Shown: piece by piece, positions 60,301 to 64,000 of the stretch
Position numbering within the stretch: position 1 is the first letter of the stretch
Layout of the letters: each line of letters begins with the position of its first letter
NCBI GenBank assembly: GCA_003427395.1
Contig: BFEA01000034.1
Span: forward strand, 2,799,153 to 2,863,152
Source: Chara braunii
Lineage: Eukaryota; Plantae; Charophyceae
Direction: 5' to 3'
Length of the DNA: 64,000 bases
Position numbers and translations under genes: made by a program
The notes under the pieces: generated by a model
What the model saw: the letters and a program-made list of their open reading frames with translations, nothing else
Databases searched by the model: none
What the model was told of the DNA's origin: nothing

Positions 60301-63300
60301 GGCGTACCAAAACCTTGCTCTGTTGAACCTGCCGTTCTCTGTACTTTGTCCCATTCCCATTGGTCGCTGCTCATCATAAATTGCCCCATTGCCTTCTTTC
60401 TCACCTCCCCCCTGCCCCTGCCCTGTCCTTCCCTCCTCTTCTCACACACGGCTTACGCAGAGGATGGAGCCAACACGGACCTTCTTCCCGTCCAAGCAGC
60501 GGAGTAAGACTGGCATCTGCAGGACGGTCAAGCAACAACAGCAAATAGAAAAGCGGAGACGATCATGTGCGTCATGAAGTCCCATGAGGTAGGTGATGGC
60601 ACACTCACACCAGCAGTGTATTGAGTGTATCCAACCTCAATTACGGCCACATTCCACCGCTTAGCTACAGTGCAAGAAACACCCTGAACCTGTCTTCGCA
60701 CCTCACAGCACCCTGATGATGAGAACCAACGGTACAAGATCTTCCACGCCTAGCACACACTCGACACAGTGGAAGACTGAGAGGGTCGTTCCACTGCACG
60801 AACAACACGCAATCTCAGACGTGGAAGACTGAGGGGATACCGTTCTACTGCGCTAATAACAAGCAATCCTAACAGCTTGTGGCCATAGCTTCTCCTTTAC
60901 ATCGCGCGTTGCGGCCTACAATTCTAGTGTGGTGCAATGCACTTCCGATCGGCGGAATGCATTTCTAATTTTCTATCGCAGTTGAAACAAAGCCCTAAAC
61001 TAGAATTGCAGATTGCGGCCAATTCTGGTGCGGTGGAACGCACTTCCGCGTCTCCACAGTAGAATGAACCCAGGGAAGATGCATCAGACATCCCCTGCGA
61101 TCTCTGAAAGAAATCAGTCTTCCCCTGTCACAAATTGAATGCCCAATCAGACTGAGAAAAAGAGAAGAGCCTTGGAGATGTGGGCCCAGCTGAAGTCATG
61201 CAGCGGAAAAATGCAATCCAGCTGTTGAAAGGGGAAACCTTGTGATCTGGATAATCGAATAATCAAATCCAGCCCGAGGCAAATTGCAAAAGCCTGAACT
61301 TAACGGATTCAGGCCAGCGGAGTCCCATTTACTCTAGCAGGCTTGCATGGAGCCACGGAAAAACACAAGATAAACGAAGCCCCATCCTCCTGCTTACCCA
61401 GTCGATGGATCGAGGAGAAATGTCAGGCATGTCAAAGCAAAATGGCAAGCAAGGCCATGCCATACGGGCAAAAAAACTCTGCCAGAGTGATCGAACCCAG
61501 GAAGCAAGGCCAGGGGGTTGAAGAAGTGGAAGAAAAAAGAGATGATAAACAAGAACCAAGGAACGGAGGAGGAGGTGGACAAGAGACAGGAGATTTGAAG
61601 GATGGAGGAGAAATAATAAAGCAGGGACAAAGGGAGTCATTAAGCAAGGACAAAGGAGGAGGACGGATGAGAAAGGATGAGGCCACCGCGGAAACGGAGT
61701 TGGGGGGGGGGGGGGGGGGGGGGGGCAAAGGCGATGCAATTCAAAATGAAAGAAAGATGAAGAAGGAAATGACTGCAAAAAGCACCCAGATAAAGCAAAA
61801 CTGCAAGCAAAGGTTAGACCGAGCCTGACAGGATGTGGAGAGAACCCCAGTGATAGCAAGAAACAGAAGGTGACCTGTAGGTGACTGGAAGGGTGACGTC
61901 AAGAGTAACCTGTAATCGACAGGTGATGTGAAGCGTAACAACAGTAGATGGGTAAGAGTATGAGCAAAGGCAAGGGGGGCAATAGATCAGCGCATTGCAA
62001 GCATAAGAGGGAGCGAAATCCAACCATGCAGATTGACGGTGATGCTCTCTTTTTGAGAACTCCGCCAATGCGGGGAAGGCAAACAAAAGCACTACCGCAC
62101 TTTCTAACACCATTTTCACCTAGCACGGGCAAAAATGTACAACTAAAAATACCATCCATCCTCCATGGCCCCTCGACGTTCAAGCCATGCCCTGCCCTGG
62201 ACAGGAAGATGCAAACGAATGGAGAAGTCCAAGCCATTAAATCAAGAGTCAATCAGAATTGTAATCAGACTCGACTTCAACTCCACTTCCAGCATGCATA
62301 CATACAGATGTCAATGGCAGAGGAACTCTCTCAAAGCAGAATGAGAAATAAGTGTGAGATGGCACTCAACGCCCACACAGAAAACTGATATGGCCACTAG
62401 CCAGGAACTCAGCTGAAGTCAACCTTCACAGCTTGCGGCTATGGCCGCTGAACGCTGTCTGAATTCCCACCCGACCACTGTATCCACCATCAGACACTCC
62501 ACACTCACTCACGCATAGGTTCACACGCACTAGGATCTACCCTGAATGCCCACGCATACACACCACGCGCACACACACACACACTGCTGTTGCTCGACAC
62601 TGGCGGCTATGGCCGCCGTCTCCCTCCTACTGTCTTCTACCTAGCGGCTATGGCCGCTGTCTCCTCCTTCCTGCCCACTTCATCTTCGGGCATCTCCAGA
62701 CCTCCAACGCACAAGACACTCAGTCAGCGCTGCCGGGTCACTTGCAGAATGAATGATGGCTGGGCGCTGCCTCTTTATTTATACCTTTTGTCGATGGTCT
62801 GGCCTGCCTTTGGGCCCAGGCCCAAGGATTGTGCTGTCCCACCTGGTACTTGCTGACTGCACGAAGTAGACTGGGACTAGGCACTGGGACTGCTGACTGT
62901 GCTAGGACTGGACTACCCTTTGCTGACTCACCTACGGACAATTGACCTCTGCAGTACCTAAGAGCCAACTGCGGACTTCCAGAAACTCCTAGGCCTAGAC
63001 TGACTGACTCTTCGTAAGACTTAAGAGCTCACTTAAGCGGCAGACCCTAAGACTGCTCAAACTAAGACTCACGGTTCAAGTCCACGCGACCAGACAATAC
63101 ACACAGACTGCTGACAGACGACTTTTCGGACAGGTCGCGGGTTCAAAGCACACGGGGTCAACAGGCACTGTACAAGGGATCCAGGGTTAGGTCTAGGGAT
63201 CGAGCCCTGGGATCTGCAATTGTCCTGCGAACTGGGTGAAACCGTTTCAGGAATTGACCAACCGTCAACGATTGCGAACGTCGACAGAAAACAGGAAATG

Positions 63301-64000
63301 CGCCACTGGACTCACTCCAGGACGGTCCTGCTGCGGAGTTTCAAATTTTCCCCTCCCCTCTGGCCACGTTGTCATCAATCAACCAATACTTTGCACTCTC
63401 CCTCTGTCGTCCTCCCAGGGCCTACGACACCGATCTCTGCTGTCTCTGTGGTTGCATTCTCGTTTGCTTCATCATCGGACTCGGAAAGTCTGTTCCTTTC
63501 CTCAGGCTCAATCCAGAGTTCCACAGAGGAGCGGACTTATTGCCTGGATTGCGTATCGACACCATCCCATCCATAATCCCGCAGAACGCAGCCGTCTTTC
63601 CCCTAGATTGCGTTGGACAAGCGTCTCACGCCACTGCGCACGTGACTCGGTCATCGCTCACGTTCTTCGGCCAGTTAGCCATCGTGAGTCCCAGCCACTG
63701 TACGATGATGGATCACGGCGTTGGTTTGTGAACAAAAAACGAAACCGAGGAGGGGAGGCCAGGCCTGGCCTGGCATAGCTTGCCAGGGCGTCAATGAATC
63801 AGTGGCATTCGTGTATGGCAGCATGCCATTGCTCGCCAACACGAGAGGGGGGGAAGAGGAAGGGAAAAAAAGAGGACCATGCACGGCATGGCCATCATCT
63901 CGACCGATCGACCCGGCCAATCCTCCCTTCTTCAATCTCTTCCCAAGCCCTGCCAGGGACCCTCCCAGGGCCTTTCTCTCCGGACCCCCCGCTGCGAAGT

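Noticed and set aside
61329-61859. Overlapping 160-176 aa ORFs in a purine-rich tract
   Set aside because: Low-complexity composition with a poly-G run; no recognisable motif or splice-consistent partner exons.
63369-63731. LNPEF peptide reminiscent of hAT transposase
   Set aside because: A single five-residue match with no supporting context.

Overview
Eukaryotic, repeat-dominated genomic window; no prokaryotic features, no CRISPR array and no intact rRNA/tRNA genes. The gag/pol style, microsatellite load and intron-rich gene suggest a charophyte alga such as Chara (inference, not verified). One intact host gene is supported: a 12-exon 3xHMG-box chromatin protein (minus strand, 18523-27826, 497 aa) with an N-terminal KEN box and upstream MSA (AACGG)/CHR-like motifs. 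The rest is a TE mosaic: two L1/Tx1-type LINE relics plus short 3'-tail copies, a decayed chromovirus with nested LTR-like inserts, a decayed DIRS-like element, tRNA-derived SINE-like elements, two hAT MITEs, two copies of a long-TIR element, and a Ty3/gypsy element with an apparent ~8.6-kb LTR, tRNA-Asp PBS and truncated gag. The most unusual signal lies inside that LTR: seven hairpins with a near-invariant apical motif (CCATAAGTTTGG) but different, self-complementary closing stems (39265-39986), followed by a second array of five larger fold-back units (40311-40870). These look like arrays of structured RNA elements. Also notable are an AT-rich island with decayed UvrD-like helicase motifs (48200-51300) and a 5'-inverted LINE apparently copied from two different templates.
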